Translations under genes and position numbers: made by a program
NCBI GenBank assembly: GCA_036231565.1
Contig: JAZAHA010000056.1
Coordinates: forward strand, 26,792 to 90,791
Origin: Pseudomonadota bacterium
GTDB taxonomy: Bacteria > Pseudomonadota > Alphaproteobacteria > Caulobacterales > Maricaulaceae
Length of the DNA stretch: 64,000 bases
Reading direction: 5' to 3'
In this document: positions 26,477 through 37,647 of the stretch, piece by piece
How the letters are laid out: each line of letters begins with the position of its first letter
Position numbering within the stretch: the stretch's first letter is position 1
The notes under the pieces: model-generated
The model's database searches: none
The model's input: the letters and a program-made list of their open reading frames with translations, nothing else
What the model was told of the DNA's origin: nothing

Positions 26477-28570
26477 TTACTCCGCCGCTACTGCCGCCGG
26501 GGCGTCCTTGAGCGCGGCGCATTCGGCCAGCGTCTTGGAAGCCCGGGCAACCGGGTTGGTGAAATAGAAATTGCGCACCGCCGGCGTGAAGGCCGCATCG
26601 GCGACATCCCCGTCGGCACCGATCGACTTGGCGTCGAACGCCGCCGCGCCTTCGGCACCCGGGGCATGATCGATTCCGCCGAGCACGGGAACGTCCTCGA
26701 ACAGTTTCAGGCGCAGCTGGGTGAGATTGTCATAGGGCAGCGTCTTGCCGACACGCTCGGACAGCGCGCGGAAGATGGCCCAGTTTTCCTTGGCCTCGCC
26801 CTTCGGGAAGACCGAGCGGAAAGCCAGCTGTACGCGGCCTTCGGTGTTGGCGAACAGGCCGTCCTGTTCGGTCCAGGCTGCACCCGGCAGCACGAGATCG
26901 GCGCGGTGGGCACCGGCATCGCCATGGCTGCCGACATAGATGACAAAGGCATCGCCGAACTTCGACATGTCCAGCTCGTCGGCGCCCATGAGGACAACCG
27001 TCTCCATGCCGCCCGACTGCATGCCGGCCACATCCTGACCGCCCTCACCCGGCACGAAGCCGAGATCGAGACCGGCCACGCGGCTGGCCGCCGTGTGCAG
27101 CACCGAGAACCCGTTCCAGTCTTCGCTGACAGCGCCGACCGCGGCGGCCAGATCGCCGGCCGCGCGCAGCACCTGGGCGCCGTCCTCGCGGGCCAGCGCA
27201 CCGGCACCGACCAGGATGAGCGGACGCTTGGCGTCCTTCAGTGTCTTGATGAAGCCCGAACGCTTCTTCTTCAGGCCGGCCAGATCCTTGGCGCCCGTTC
27301 CGACATGCTCGTACTCGTAGGTCAGGTCGACCGGCTCGCCGATCACGCCGACCTTGGTGTCATTGTGCAGCCAGGTCTTGCGGATCCGCGCATTGACGAT
27401 GGCCGCCTCGACGCGTGGATTGGCGCCGACGATGAGGATGGCGTCTGCCTCCTCGATGCCCGCGATCGTCGCGTTGAACAGATATTCCTGACGCGGACCG
27501 GTGCCCAGCTTGGCACCGTCCTGGCGGCAGTCGATCGAGGCGATGCCCAGGGCATCGGCCAGATCCTTGGCCGCTTTCATCTCTTCTGCCGAGCACAGAT
27601 CGCCGGCGATCATGCCGATCTTCGAGGCATCGCCGGACAGACGCTTGGCCGCCACGTCCAGCGCCTCGCTCCAGCTTGCGGCGCGCAGCTTGCCGTTCTC
27701 GCGGATATAGGGCTTGTCCAGACGGCGCTTGCCCAGGCCTTCCCAGGCGTAGCGCGTCTTGTCGGAGATCCATTCCTCGTTCACGCCCTCATGGACGCGC
27801 GGCAGGATGCGCAGCACGGCGCCGCCGCGGGCATCCACGCGGATGTTCGAGCCGACCGCGTCCATCACATCGACGGTCTCGGTCTTCTTCAGCTCCCAGG
27901 GACGGGCGTTGAAGGCGTAGGGCTTGGAGGTCAGCGCACCGACCGGGCACAGGTCGATGACATTGCCGGACAGTTCCGACGTCACCGCGTTTTCCAGATA
28001 GGTCGTGATCTCGGCATCCTCGCCGCGGCCGATCATGCCGATCTCCGGCACGCCGGCGACCTCGGTGACGAAGCGGACGCAGCGCGTGCACTGGATGCAG
28101 CGCGTCATCTCCGTCTTGATGATCGGACCCATTTCCTTGTCTTCGACGGCGCGCTTGTTTTCCGGGAAGCGCGAGCCGGTACGGCCATAGACCAGCGACT
28201 GGTCCTGCAGGTCGCACTCGCCGCCCTGGTCGCAGATCGGGCAGTCCAGCGGGTGGTTGATGAGCAGGAACTCCATCACCCCTTCGCGCGCCTTCTTCAC
28301 CATCGGCGACAGCGTGTTCATGGCCGGCGGTTCGCCATTCGGCCCGCCGCGCATGTCGCGCACCTGCATCGCACAGGACGCGGCCGGCTTCGGCGCGCCG
28401 ACGAGTTCCACCAGACACATCCGGCAATTGCCGGCGACCGACAGGCGCTCGTGATAGCAAAAGCGCGGGATTTCCCGGCCGGCAGCCTCGGCAGCCTGCA
28501 ACAGCGTGAAGGAATTCGGTACTTCGACTTCCTCGCCGTCGATAACGATTTTGCGGAGATCTTCGCTCAT
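26477..28570 (-). CDS. nuoG: NADH-quinone oxidoreductase subunit G
   Basis: IPRFCYHERLSVAGNCRMCLVE, NHPLDCPICDQGGECDLQ, RCIQCTRC. Confidence 0.98.
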   Translation of the reverse strand: MSEDLRKIVIDGEEVEVPNSFTLLQAAEAAGREIPRFCYHERLSVAGNCRMCLVELVGAPKPAASCAMQVRDMRGGPNGEPPAMNTLSPMVKKAREGVMEFLLINHPLDCPICDQGGECDLQDQSLVYGRTGSRFPENKRAVEDKEMGPIIKTEMTRCIQCTRCVRFVTEVAGVPEIGMIGRGEDAEITTYLENAVTSELSGNVIDLCPVGALTSKPYAFNARPWELKKTETVDVMDAVGSNIRVDARGGAVLRILPRVHEGVNEEWISDKTRYAWEGLGKRRLDKPYIRENGKLRAASWSEALDVAAKRLSGDASKIGMIAGDLCSAEEMKAAKDLADALGIASIDCRQDGAKLGTGPRQEYLFNATIAGIEEADAILIVGANPRVEAAIVNARIRKTWLHNDTKVGVIGEPVDLTYEYEHVGTGAKDLAGLKKKRSGFIKTLKDAKRPLILVGAGALAREDGAQVLRAAGDLAAAVGAVSEDWNGFSVLHTAASRVAGLDLGFVPGEGGQDVAGMQSGGMETVVLMGADELDMSKFGDAFVIYVGSHGDAGAHRADLVLPGAAWTEQDGLFANTEGRVQLAFRSVFPKGEAKENWAIFRALSERVGKTLPYDNLTQLRLKLFEDVPVLGGIDHAPGAEGAAAFDAKSIGADGDVADAAFTPAVRNFYFTNPVARASKTLAECAALKDAPAAVAAE

Positions 28571-28582
28571 TGGATGAAGTCC

Positions 28583-29896
28583 CTACTCTGCCGCAACGGC
28601 CTGGCTGACAAACACGGGTTTGCCGGCGCGATAATTGTTGATGCGTTCCTCGATCTCGCCCCGGAAGTGGCGTATCAGGCCCTGGACGGGCCAGGCGGCC
28701 GCGTCACCGAGCGCACAGATCGTGTGGCCTTCCACCTGGCCGGCGACGTCGAGCAGCATGTCGATCTCCTCGATCGAGCTCTCGCCGCGTGCCATGCGCT
28801 CCAGCACGCGCCACATCCAGCCCGTGCCTTCACGGCACGGCGTGCACTGGCCGCAGCTTTCGTGGCGGTAGAAGTAGGAGATGCGCGCGATCGCCTTCAC
28901 CACATCGGTGGACTTGTCCATGACGATGACGGCGGCGGTGCCCAGACCGGACTTGTGCGCCTGCAGCGCATCGAAATCCATCAGCACATCGTCGCAGATA
29001 TCTTTCGGCAGTAGCGACACCGAAGAGCCGCCCGGAATGACGGCCTTCAGATTGTCCCAGCCGCCGCGCACGCCGCCGGCATGCGTCTCGATGAGCGTCT
29101 TCATCGGGATCGACATGGCTTCTTCGACATTGCACGGCTTGTTCACATGGCCGGAGATAGAGAAGATCTTTGTGCCGACATTCCGCTCGCGGCCGAAAGA
29201 GGCAAACCATTGCGCCCCGCGGCGCAGGATCGTGCCCGCAACCGCGATGGATTCAACATTGTTCACCGTGGTCGGGCAGCCATACAGACCGGCATTGGCC
29301 GGGAAAGGCGGTTTCAGGCGCGGCTGGCCCTTCTTGCCTTCCAGGCTTTCCAGCAGGGCCGTTTCCTCGCCGCAGATATAGGCGCCGGCACCGTGATGGA
29401 TATAGACGTGGAACGGCCAGCCATGCACGTTCTTCTCGCCGATCAGCTTGGCCTCATAGGCCTCCTTGACGGCTTTCTCCATCGCCAGGCGCTCGGTGAC
29501 ATACTCACCGCGCAGATAGATGTAGCAGGCGTGCGCCTGCATCGAGAATGACGCGATCAGGCAGCCTTCGATGAGAAGGTGCGGATCGTGGCGCATGATC
29601 TCGCGGTCCTTGCACGTGCCCGGCTCGGATTCGTCGGCATTGACGACAAGATAGTGCGGACGTGCGCCCACTTCCTTGGGCATGAAGGACCATTTCAGAC
29701 CGGTCGGGAAACCGGCGCCGCCGCGGCCGCGCAGGCCCGACGCCTTCATCTGGTCGATGATCCAATCGCGGCCCTGTTCGAGGATTTCCTTGGTCCCGTT
29801 CCATGCACCGCGCTGTTTGGCGCCGTCCAGACCGGGGTCGTGGTGGCCGAACAGATTGGTGAAGATACGGTCCTTGTCCTGGAGAAGCTGGGTCAT
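28583..29896 (-). CDS. nuoF: NADH-quinone oxidoreductase subunit F
   Basis: [43 protein letters not shown]. Confidence 0.98.
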   Translation of the reverse strand: MTQLLQDKDRIFTNLFGHHDPGLDGAKQRGAWNGTKEILEQGRDWIIDQMKASGLRGRGGAGFPTGLKWSFMPKEVGARPHYLVVNADESEPGTCKDREIMRHDPHLLIEGCLIASFSMQAHACYIYLRGEYVTERLAMEKAVKEAYEAKLIGEKNVHGWPFHVYIHHGAGAYICGEETALLESLEGKKGQPRLKPPFPANAGLYGCPTTVNNVESIAVAGTILRRGAQWFASFGRERNVGTKIFSISGHVNKPCNVEEAMSIPMKTLIETHAGGVRGGWDNLKAVIPGGSSVSLLPKDICDDVLMDFDALQAHKSGLGTAAVIVMDKSTDVVKAIARISYFYRHESCGQCTPCREGTGWMWRVLERMARGESSIEEIDMLLDVAGQVEGHTICALGDAAAWPVQGLIRHFRGEIEERINNYRAGKPVFVSQAVAAE

Positions 29897-29899
29897 GAC

Positions 29900-30574
29900 T
29901 TAGCCCTCCGCCTTTTCGGACTTGCCGGTATTGGGAAGCGTGACCGGCTTGGCGCGCGAGCCGTCATAGAGGCTTTCATCGGTCAGCACCTTGGTGCCAT
30001 GCGGCTCGGAGGCGTTACGCTCGGATTGCGGGCCGTATTTGACCTTCTTGCCGGCGGCGAGGTCGTCGAGCAGTTTCTCGAAGCTCTCCGCGTCGAGATC
30101 CTCGATGTAGTGGTCGCCATCCTTGTTCGCGAGCTGGATCATAGGGGCATTGGCGCAGGCGCCCATGCACTCCACCTCGACCCAGGTGAACTTGCCGTCT
30201 TCGGAGATCTCGTGCTGCTTGCCGATGCGGTTCTTGCACACCGAAATCAGCTCGTCCGACCCGCGCAGCATGCACGGCGTGGTGCCGCAGACCTGGATCA
30301 GATGCTCACCGACCGGGGCCAGGTTGAACATGGTGTAGAAGGTCGCGACCTCGTAGACGCGGATGTAGGGCATCTCCAGCCGGTCGGCGATCTCGCGGAT
30401 GGCGGGCTCGCAGACCCAGCCGTCCTGCTTCTGCGCGATCCACAACATGGGGATGACGGCCGAGGCTTTCTTTTCCTCGGGATATTTCGCCAGCCAGAAC
30501 TTGATCTCGTCCTCGCTCTTCTTGTTGAAGACGAAGCTTTCCGGCTGTTCTTTCGCGAGACGACGAACGCTCAT
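29900..30574 (-). CDS. nuoE: NADH-quinone oxidoreductase subunit E
   Basis: [29 protein letters not shown]. Confidence 0.97.
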   Translation of the reverse strand: MSVRRLAKEQPESFVFNKKSEDEIKFWLAKYPEEKKASAVIPMLWIAQKQDGWVCEPAIREIADRLEMPYIRVYEVATFYTMFNLAPVGEHLIQVCGTTPCMLRGSDELISVCKNRIGKQHEISEDGKFTWVEVECMGACANAPMIQLANKDGDHYIEDLDAESFEKLLDDLAAGKKVKYGPQSERNASEPHGTKVLTDESLYDGSRAKPVTLPNTGKSEKAEG

Positions 30575-31776
30575 CGGTCGATCTCCCCGAACACGATGTC
30601 CAGCGAGCCCAGGATGGCGGAGACGTCCGCCAGCATGTGGCCGCGATTCATGAAATCCATGGCTGCCAGGTGCGGGAAGCCGGGCGCCCGGATCTTCACG
30701 CGGTACGGCTTGTTCGAGCCGTCGGAGACCAGATAGACGCCGAACTCGCCCTTCGGGGCCTCGACGGCGGCATAGACCTCGCCAGCCTCGACATGGACGC
30801 CTTCAGTGTAGAGTTTAAAGTGCTGGATGAGCGCTTCCATCGAGCGCTTCATCTCGGCGCGGCGCGGCGGCGAGAATTTCGAGTCGGTGGCCAGCACCTC
30901 GCCCGCATTCTCCTCCTTCATGAGCCAGTCGCAGCACTGGATCATGATCTTCACGCTCTCGCGCATCTCTTCCATGCGGCACAGATAGCGATCATAGCAA
31001 TCGCCGTGCTTGCCGACCGGAATGTTGAACTCCAGCTCGTCATAGACTTCGTAGGGCTGCGAGCGGCGCAGATCCCAGGCCAGGCCCGAACCGCGCACCA
31101 TCACACCGGAGAAGCCCCAGGCGAGCACATCTTCCTTGGTCACCACGCCGATATCGACATTGCGCTGCTTGAAGATGCGATTCTCGGTCAGGAGGCTGTC
31201 GATATCGTCCAGCTTTTCCGGGAACTGGTCGCACCAGGCCCGGATGTCCTCGACCAGTTTAGGCGGCAGGTCCTGGTGGACACCGCCGGGACGGAAATAG
31301 TGAGCATGCATGCGGCTGCCCGAAGCGCGCTCGTAGAACACCATCAGCTTTTCGCGCTCCTCGAAGCCCCAGAGCGGCGGCGTCAGGGCGCCGACATCCA
31401 TGGCCTGGGTCGTCACGTTGAGCAGATGGTTCAGGATACGGCCGATCTCGCAGTACAGCACGCGCACATACTGGCCGCGCTTCGGCACGGTGATACCGGC
31501 CAGACGCTCGGCCGCCATGCAGAAGGCGTGCTCCTGATTCATCGGCGCGACATAGTCGAGACGGTCGAAATAGCCGATGCCCTGGAGATAGGTCTTGTGC
31601 TCCAGCAGCTTCTCGGTGCCGCGGTGCAGAAGGCCGATATGCGGATCGACGCGTTCGACCACCTCACCGTCCAGCTCCAGCACGAGACGCAGCACGCCGT
31701 GGGCGGCCGGGTGCTGGGGACCGAAATTGAGGGTGAACTTGCGTTCGCCGGATTGCGTCATGTCGTCGGCAGCCAT
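30571..31776 (-). CDS. nuoD: NADH-quinone oxidoreductase subunit D
   Basis: [43 protein letters not shown]. Confidence 0.98.
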   Translation of the reverse strand: MAADDMTQSGERKFTLNFGPQHPAAHGVLRLVLELDGEVVERVDPHIGLLHRGTEKLLEHKTYLQGIGYFDRLDYVAPMNQEHAFCMAAERLAGITVPKRGQYVRVLYCEIGRILNHLLNVTTQAMDVGALTPPLWGFEEREKLMVFYERASGSRMHAHYFRPGGVHQDLPPKLVEDIRAWCDQFPEKLDDIDSLLTENRIFKQRNVDIGVVTKEDVLAWGFSGVMVRGSGLAWDLRRSQPYEVYDELEFNIPVGKHGDCYDRYLCRMEEMRESVKIMIQCCDWLMKEENAGEVLATDSKFSPPRRAEMKRSMEALIQHFKLYTEGVHVEAGEVYAAVEAPKGEFGVYLVSDGSNKPYRVKIRAPGFPHLAAMDFMNRGHMLADVSAILGSLDIVFGEIDR

Positions 31777-31780
31777 GGCT

Positions 31781-32413
31781 CTAGCCCTCCGCCTTCTCGT
31801 CGCCCGGGATGACGTATTTGGCGCCTTCCCACGGGCTCATGAAATCGAAGTCACGGTATTCCTGGACCAGTTCGACCGGTTCGTAGACCACGCGTTTCTG
31901 CTCCTCGTCCCAGCGGACTTCGACATAGCCGGTGAGCGGGAAGTCCTTGCGCAGCGGATAGCCCTCGAAACCGTAATCGGTCAGCAGGCGGCGCAGATCC
32001 GGATGGCCGGAGAAGACGATGCCGTACATGTCGAACGCCTCGCGCTCGAACCAGTCGGCAACGGGGTAGACATGATGGATCGAGGGAACCGGGTTCTCCT
32101 CATCGGTCGACAGCTTCACGCGCACCCGGTGATTCTGGTGCATGGAGAGCAGATGGTAGACCACTTCGAACCGCTCGGCGCGCTGCGGATAGTCGACACC
32201 GCAGATGTCGACCAGCGTCGTGAACTTGCAGGCCGGCTCGTCGCGCAGCCAGGTGATCACATCCTCGACCTGGTCGCGATGGATCGTCACGGTCAGCTCG
32301 CCCTGGGTCACAGTCCAGCCGGTAACAGCCGTGGGCTGACCCGCCTGGATGTGCTCGCCGAGAACCTTGAGAGCTTCGCTCATCGCCTTGTCACTCCTCG
32401 CGCCTGCCATCAC
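31781..32413 (-). CDS. nuoC: NADH-quinone oxidoreductase subunit C
   Basis: [25 protein letters not shown]. Start is 32413 (ATGA-coupled to nuoB) or 32383. Confidence 0.96.
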   Translation of the reverse strand: MMAGARSDKAMSEALKVLGEHIQAGQPTAVTGWTVTQGELTVTIHRDQVEDVITWLRDEPACKFTTLVDICGVDYPQRAERFEVVYHLLSMHQNHRVRVKLSTDEENPVPSIHHVYPVADWFEREAFDMYGIVFSGHPDLRRLLTDYGFEGYPLRKDFPLTGYVEVRWDEEQKRVVYEPVELVQEYRDFDFMSPWEGAKYVIPGDEKAEG

Positions 32414-32976
32414 CGTTCGATCGAGCCTTCACGGCGGATCTTCTTCTGCAGTTGAAGAATGCCGTAGACCAGCGCCTCTGCGGTGGGCGGGCAGCCCGGC
32501 ACATAGACGTCGACCGGTACGATGCGGTCACAACCGCGCACGACCGAATAGGAATAATGGTAGTAGCCGCCGCCATTGGCGCACGAACCCATCGAGATGA
32601 CGTAGCGCGGCTCGGGCATCTGGTCGTAGACCTTGCGCAGGGCCGGCGCCATCTTGTTGGTGAGCGTACCCGCAACGATCATCACGTCCGACTGGCGCGG
32701 GGAGGCCCGCGGCGCAAAGCCGAAGCGCTCGACGTCGTAACGCGGCATCGAGGCCTGCATCATTTCCACGGCGCAGCAGGCCAGGCCGAACGTCATCCAC
32801 ATCAGCGAGCCGGTGCGGGCCCAGGTGACGAGATCGTCGGCAGCGGCGACCACGAATCCCTTGTCGGCCAGCGCATCGCTGACGCCGTCAAAGAACGGGT
32901 CGTGTTTCTTCGGGTCATAGCCGGGAACGGTCGCGCGTCCGGCCATGCCGGCATGAGGGGTCAGATCAGATGCCAT
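32410..32976 (-). CDS. nuoB: NADH-quinone oxidoreductase subunit B
   Basis: [32 protein letters not shown]. Confidence 0.98.
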   Translation of the reverse strand: MASDLTPHAGMAGRATVPGYDPKKHDPFFDGVSDALADKGFVVAAADDLVTWARTGSLMWMTFGLACCAVEMMQASMPRYDVERFGFAPRASPRQSDVMIVAGTLTNKMAPALRKVYDQMPEPRYVISMGSCANGGGYYHYSYSVVRGCDRIVPVDVYVPGCPPTAEALVYGILQLQKKIRREGSIER

Positions 32977-32982
32977 GGTGGA

Positions 32983-33351
32983 CTACTCCCAATCCAGCGC
33001 GCCTTTTTTCAGCTCGTAAATGAAGCCGATGGTGAGAACTCCCAGGAACACCATCATCGACCAGAACTCGAACTCGCCCAGATGCTCCCGCAGGGTCACG
33101 GCCCAGGGGAAGAGGAAGGCGACTTCCAGGTCGAAGATGATGAACAGGATGGCGACGAGATAGAATCGCACGTCGAATTTCATGCGGGCGTCGTCGAAGG
33201 CGTTGAAGCCGCATTCATAGGTCGAGACCTTTTCCGGGTCCGGTTTCGACGGCGCGATCACAAAGGCGGCCAGCATGAAGCCGAGGCCGATCGCAGTCGC
33301 CAGACCGAAAAAGATCAGGATGGGCAGGTAATCGAGAAGCAGCGCGTCCAT
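32983..33351 (-). CDS. nuoA: NADH-quinone oxidoreductase subunit A
   Basis: From [10 protein letters not shown]; [27 protein letters not shown]. Confidence 0.96.
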   Translation of the reverse strand: MDALLLDYLPILIFFGLATAIGLGFMLAAFVIAPSKPDPEKVSTYECGFNAFDDARMKFDVRFYLVAILFIIFDLEVAFLFPWAVTLREHLGEFEFWSMMVFLGVLTIGFIYELKKGALDWE

Positions 33352-33471
33352 CGCCAAGCCTCGCCTTCTAGCGTCGGTTTTGCGGTGCGGGAGGCCGTTG
33401 TTTTCAAGGTGTGATCCGCCTCGGGACGAATCAACCACCGGCAACGGGACCCCCTGCCCGATTTGGCGCGG

Positions 33472-33500
33472 AAGCTAGAGCGCAGCGGCGCTGCGGGCAA
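33472..33500 (-). promoter_or_regulatory. Putative sigma70 promoter of the nuo operon
   Basis: TTGCCC(33500-33495)-N17-TAGCTT(33477-33472), about 120 bp above the nuoA start. Confidence 0.5.
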
Positions 33501-33560
33501 GGCCTAAAGGCCGCCCTCTGTCAGTTCTGGCGAATATAGCGACACACAGCGAACAATAAA

Positions 33561-33575
33561 TGCAAATGATTTGCA
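33561..33575. promoter_or_regulatory. Fur-like 7-1-7 palindrome upstream of nuoA
   Basis: TGCAAAT-G-ATTTGCA, a perfect inverted repeat in an AT-rich patch. Confidence 0.6.
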
Positions 33576-33584
33576 ATATCGAAA

Positions 33585-34058
33585 TCAGCCGGGATGTCGC
33601 TGCCCGCGCGGTTCCAGCCCGACGACCGAACGCCAGAAGGCGAACCGGAGGAAGGGAGAGCGACGGCTGAAGGTGCCATCAGGAAATATATGCCAGGGTC
33701 GATATCCCCACCGGCAGACGAGCGCCCGGGCCTCGTGGCCGAAACCCTCGGCGTGCGCAGCTGCCAGCGCAGCCCGGCGTGTGCACCAGCTTCCCCGGGC
33801 GCGCCGGAAGAGCCGCTGGGCCCGTCCGGTCACACCATTGGCCTGCCGCAGCGCGACGCGGAGCACACGATATTGGCGGTAGCGCGCCGCCGTATCCAGC
33901 ACCAGCACACCGCATCCCAATATCGCCAGCCCGTCGAGCCACCAGAACGGCGAGACCGCGAATGCAAAAAGAAGGCAACACGCCGCCAGCAGCAGCGGCG
34001 GCCAGACCGGGTCGATCAGGCGGAGAATCGGGAGGGTTCGGACGGATCGTGCGTTCAT
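33585..34058 (-). CDS. Hypothetical membrane protein (~157 aa)
   Basis: From MNARSVRTLPIL; two N-terminal hydrophobic segments followed by an Arg-rich region. Family not recognised. Confidence 0.55.
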   Translation of the reverse strand: MNARSVRTLPILRLIDPVWPPLLLAACCLLFAFAVSPFWWLDGLAILGCGVLVLDTAARYRQYRVLRVALRQANGVTGRAQRLFRRARGSWCTRRAALAAAHAEGFGHEARALVCRWGYRPWHIFPDGTFSRRSPFLRFAFWRSVVGLEPRGQRHPG

Positions 34059-34198
34059 ATGACGCAATCTGCCCGCCCGGCCGAAACCCGCCAGCGGGAT
34101 CGCCTGCCCGTCTGTCCCCCCTGGTGAATCGGGCCGGGGGCGGACAAATCGCCCCATTCGCCCTATATTGAGGTGTGTAGCCACGAAAGAGGTACGGA

Positions 34199-34324
34199 AT
34201 GTCTGTTCTGAACTCCCAAGAGGCTCGCCAGGGTGAAAAGGGACATGGCGTGCGTTGGGTCCTAGCGATCTCCACCGCCGCAGCCGCGATTGCGCTCCTG
34301 CTTTTCCTGGTCGCGAACGCCTGA
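34199..34324 (+). CDS. 41-aa single-pass membrane peptide
   Basis: MSVLNSQEARQGEKGHGVRWVLAISTAAAAIALLLFLVANA*; AGAGGT SD 5 nt upstream of the ATG; C-terminal hydrophobic helix. Confidence 0.7.
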   Translation: MSVLNSQEARQGEKGHGVRWVLAISTAAAAIALLLFLVANA

Positions 34325-34428
34325 CGGGCGGCACTTCCTCAACGGGCTCTGCACCATCGGCCGCTGCGGCTTTCCCGCGGCGCGAATATGCCTAGACTGA
34401 TCGTCCACGGCGGACGAACGGGCAGACC

Positions 34429-35121
34429 ATGTCGGATTATTACGGGGTTATCGGCTTCCTGCTGATTGCAGGCGGGTTTTCCTGGCTGGTCGATCACAGC
34501 CCGTTCTCGAAACACACGCTGTCGCGCGCGATGGATGTGCACCGGCGCCGCTGGATGGAAGGCATGGCCAACCGCCAGGTGCGGATCATGGACAGCCAGA
34601 TCATCGCCGGCCTGCAGAACGGCATCGCCTTCTTCGCCTCGACCGCCCTTCTGGGCATCGGCGCGGCCTTCACGCTCATCACCGCGCTTGATCCGGTGAT
34701 GAGCGCCGTGCAGGACGTGCCCTTCCTGGACGCCTCCTCGCGCCTGCAATGGGAGGTGATGTCGCTGGGCCTCCTGGTGATCTACGCCTATGCCTTCTTC
34801 AAGTTCGGCTGGGCCTACCGGCTGGTGAACTATTCCGCCATGCTGCTGGGCGCGACGCCGGACACCGGCCGCGACGAGGCGGCTTCAGAGGAAATCCTGG
34901 CGGCGGCCCGCCGCGCCGGCGCGATGAATGTCGTCGCAGGACGCCAGTTCAATCGCGGCCTGCGCACGCTCTTCATGTCGATCGGCTATCTGGCCTGGAT
35001 CGGCGGGCCGGCCGCCCAGATTCTGGTGACGCTGGCCGTCGCGGCCATCCTGGTCTACCGGCAGTTTGCCAGCCCCGCCCTTGCCGCGCTGAAGGCCGGC
35101 GACATGCCCGCGCAAGGCTAG
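34429..35121 (+). CDS. DUF599-family membrane protein
   Basis: RRRWMEGM, IAFFASTALL, FFKFGWAYRL, FNRGLR. Confidence 0.8.
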   Translation: MSDYYGVIGFLLIAGGFSWLVDHSPFSKHTLSRAMDVHRRRWMEGMANRQVRIMDSQIIAGLQNGIAFFASTALLGIGAAFTLITALDPVMSAVQDVPFLDASSRLQWEVMSLGLLVIYAYAFFKFGWAYRLVNYSAMLLGATPDTGRDEAASEEILAAARRAGAMNVVAGRQFNRGLRTLFMSIGYLAWIGGPAAQILVTLAVAAILVYRQFASPALAALKAGDMPAQG

Positions 35122-35214
35122 ATCGCGCCAGGACGGCCCCGCCCCCCGGAAAATATTGCACTTTGTTCCCGAACGCGTCCATTTTGCCCGGACAACAAGT
35201 CTGGGGGAGATGTC

Positions 35215-36753
35215 ATGAGCCTGGGGAATTCGATACTCAACGCCGTCGAGCGTGCCGGCAACCGCCTGCCCGATCCGGTAACGATCTTCTTCATCCTGAT
35301 CGGTGTGGTGATGGGCGCCTCGGTAATCGCAGCCCTGACAGGGCTGTCGGCGGAACATCCGCTCACCGGCGAAACGGTGACCGCGCAGAACCTGCTCTCC
35401 CCGGACTATATCCGCCGCCTGCTGGTCGAGATGCCGGCCACGCTCACCAGCTTCCACCCGCTCGGCATGGTGCTGGTCGTCATGATCGGCGCCGGAGTCG
35501 CCGAGCGTGCCGGCCTGTTCGGCGCCGGACTTCGCAGCCTGGTCAAGGGCATTCCCGACTTCCTGCTCACGCCGACGCTGGTCTTTGCCGGCATTATGAG
35601 CAATCTCGCCGTGGACGCGGGCTATGTCGTGCTGATCCCCCTGGGTGGTATCGTCTTTGCGGCTGCCGGCCGCAATCCCGTCGCCGGGATGACCGCCACC
35701 TTCGCCGGTGTTTCCGCCGGCTTTTCGGCCAACCTCGTTGTCGGGGCCCTGGAAGCCCTCCTGTTCGGCATCACCCAGAGCTCGGCGCAATTCCTGGTGC
35801 CCGACTGGCAGCTCAATCTTCTCGGCAACTGGTATTTCACCCTCGCCCTGACCCCGGTCCTGGTGATCGTCGTGACCCTGATCAACGACCTGATCGTCGA
35901 ACCCCGGCTGGGCGAATGGGTACCTCCGGCCGACTTCAAACAGCCCGACCAGGAAACCGGCCTGTCGCCGGAAGAACGCAAGGGACTGGGCGCCGCCGGT
36001 ATCGCGCTTCTGGTCGTGATCGGTCTCGCGCTGTTCCTGATCTTCGGTCCGGGCCAGACATTGCAGGATCCGACCAACGAGCTGAATGTCTACACGCCCT
36101 TCTTCAACTCGATCGTCGCCCTGACCTTTGTCGCCTTCCTGGCCATGGGCCTGGCTTATGGCGCCCGGGCCGGCACGATCAAATCGGACCGCGATGCGGT
36201 CGGCCTGGCAGCAAAATCCATGGGCGATATGGGACTCTACATCATCCTGGCCTTTGCCATGGCTCACTTCATCGCGCTGTTCAACTGGTCAAACCTGGGC
36301 ATTCTGACCGCCATTGGCGGTGGTGACCTGCTCGGCCGGCTCGACCTGCCTGCGCCGCTCCTCCTGCTCGCCATGATCCTGCTTGTCGCGGTGCTGAACC
36401 TCTTCATCGGCTCGGCCTCGGCAAAGTGGGCACTGATCGGCCCCGTCCTCGTGCCCATGCTCATGCTGCAGGGGATTTCGCCGGAAGCTGCAACCCTGGC
36501 CTACCGGATGGGCGACCAGGCCACCAACATCATCACACCGCTGATGCCCTACCTGCCGCTCGTTCTGGTGTTCGCCCAGCGCTATGTGCCTGAATTCGGT
36601 CTTGGCAGCCTGATCGCAACCATGCTGCCCTACTCGCTCGCCATTCTGGTGACGTCGATCCTGATGATGGCGGTCTGGTTCATGCTGGGTCTGCCGCTGG
36701 GGCCCGGCGGGGCGGAGTTCTTCTACGAACTTCCCGCCGGGTCCGCGGGTTAG
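35215..36753 (+). CDS. AbgT-family transporter
   Basis: VERAGNRLPDPVTIF, FHPLG, IGVAER-like segment, SASAKWA, YRMGDQATNIITPLMPY. Confidence 0.9.
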   Translation: MSLGNSILNAVERAGNRLPDPVTIFFILIGVVMGASVIAALTGLSAEHPLTGETVTAQNLLSPDYIRRLLVEMPATLTSFHPLGMVLVVMIGAGVAERAGLFGAGLRSLVKGIPDFLLTPTLVFAGIMSNLAVDAGYVVLIPLGGIVFAAAGRNPVAGMTATFAGVSAGFSANLVVGALEALLFGITQSSAQFLVPDWQLNLLGNWYFTLALTPVLVIVVTLINDLIVEPRLGEWVPPADFKQPDQETGLSPEERKGLGAAGIALLVVIGLALFLIFGPGQTLQDPTNELNVYTPFFNSIVALTFVAFLAMGLAYGARAGTIKSDRDAVGLAAKSMGDMGLYIILAFAMAHFIALFNWSNLGILTAIGGGDLLGRLDLPAPLLLLAMILLVAVLNLFIGSASAKWALIGPVLVPMLMLQGISPEAATLAYRMGDQATNIITPLMPYLPLVLVFAQRYVPEFGLGSLIATMLPYSLAILVTSILMMAVWFMLGLPLGPGGAEFFYELPAGSAG

Positions 36754-36819
36754 CGCCCGGGACACCGTATCTTAAGATGGCCCTGCTTTCCTGCCGCGCA
36801 GAAACAGGAGAGCCGGGCT

Positions 36820-37647
36820 ATGAAATCTGGAACGTCGGCCTGCGACCTATGCCGCAGTCGCGGAAAAGCGCGCTTCCCGCAAGCCATCCGCATGGCCTAC
36901 CAGCCCATCGTCGACATCGCCGCAGGCCGGGTCTTCGCCCACGAAGCCCTGGTCCGCGGCGAAAACGGTGAAGGCGCCGGCCACGTGCTGGCGCAGATCA
37001 CGGACGAGAACCGCTACAATTTCGACCAGACCTGCCGCGTGCAGGCAATCGAGACCGCAAGCCGGATCGGCATGCCGACGGCCATCAGCATCAACTTCAT
37101 GCCGAATGCGGTCTATGAACCGGCCAATTGCATCCGCACCACGCTGAACACCGCGGAGCGGACCGGGATGCCGCTGGACCGCATCATATTCGAATTCACC
37201 GAGAACGAGGATATGACCGCCCCTTCGATGCTGAACGACATCATCGAGGAATATGCCCGCCACGGCCTGCGGACGGCGATCGACGATTTCGGTGCCGGAT
37301 ATTCCGGCCTCAACAAACTCGCCCATCTGCAGCCCGACTACGTCAAGCTGGACATGGATCTGACCCGCGCTCTCGACACTGACCGGCGCCGCCAGATCAT
37401 CGTGCGCCAGACCGCCCGGCTGTGCGAGGAACTGGGTATTGCCGTCATCGCCGAAGGGATCGAGACGGTCGGCGAGATGACCGCCGCCCGGGATGCCGGA
37501 ATCAACCTCATCCAGGGCTACCTGTTCAGCCAGCCCCGGCTGGAAGACTTCTATCGCGACAGCGAGATACTCAAGGCCTTCCTGCCGGAGGAGCGCAGAA
37601 CCGTCGCCGGCTCAGAACCCGGCGACCGGATACTGGCGGCCAGCTAG
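36820..37647 (+). CDS. Stand-alone EAL-domain c-di-GMP phosphodiesterase
   Basis: YQPIVD, HEALVRG, SINF, FEFTE, DDFGAGYS, VKLD, AEGIE, QGYLF. Confidence 0.9.
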   Translation: MKSGTSACDLCRSRGKARFPQAIRMAYQPIVDIAAGRVFAHEALVRGENGEGAGHVLAQITDENRYNFDQTCRVQAIETASRIGMPTAISINFMPNAVYEPANCIRTTLNTAERTGMPLDRIIFEFTENEDMTAPSMLNDIIEEYARHGLRTAIDDFGAGYSGLNKLAHLQPDYVKLDMDLTRALDTDRRRQIIVRQTARLCEELGIAVIAEGIETVGEMTAARDAGINLIQGYLFSQPRLEDFYRDSEILKAFLPEERRTVAGSEPGDRILAAS

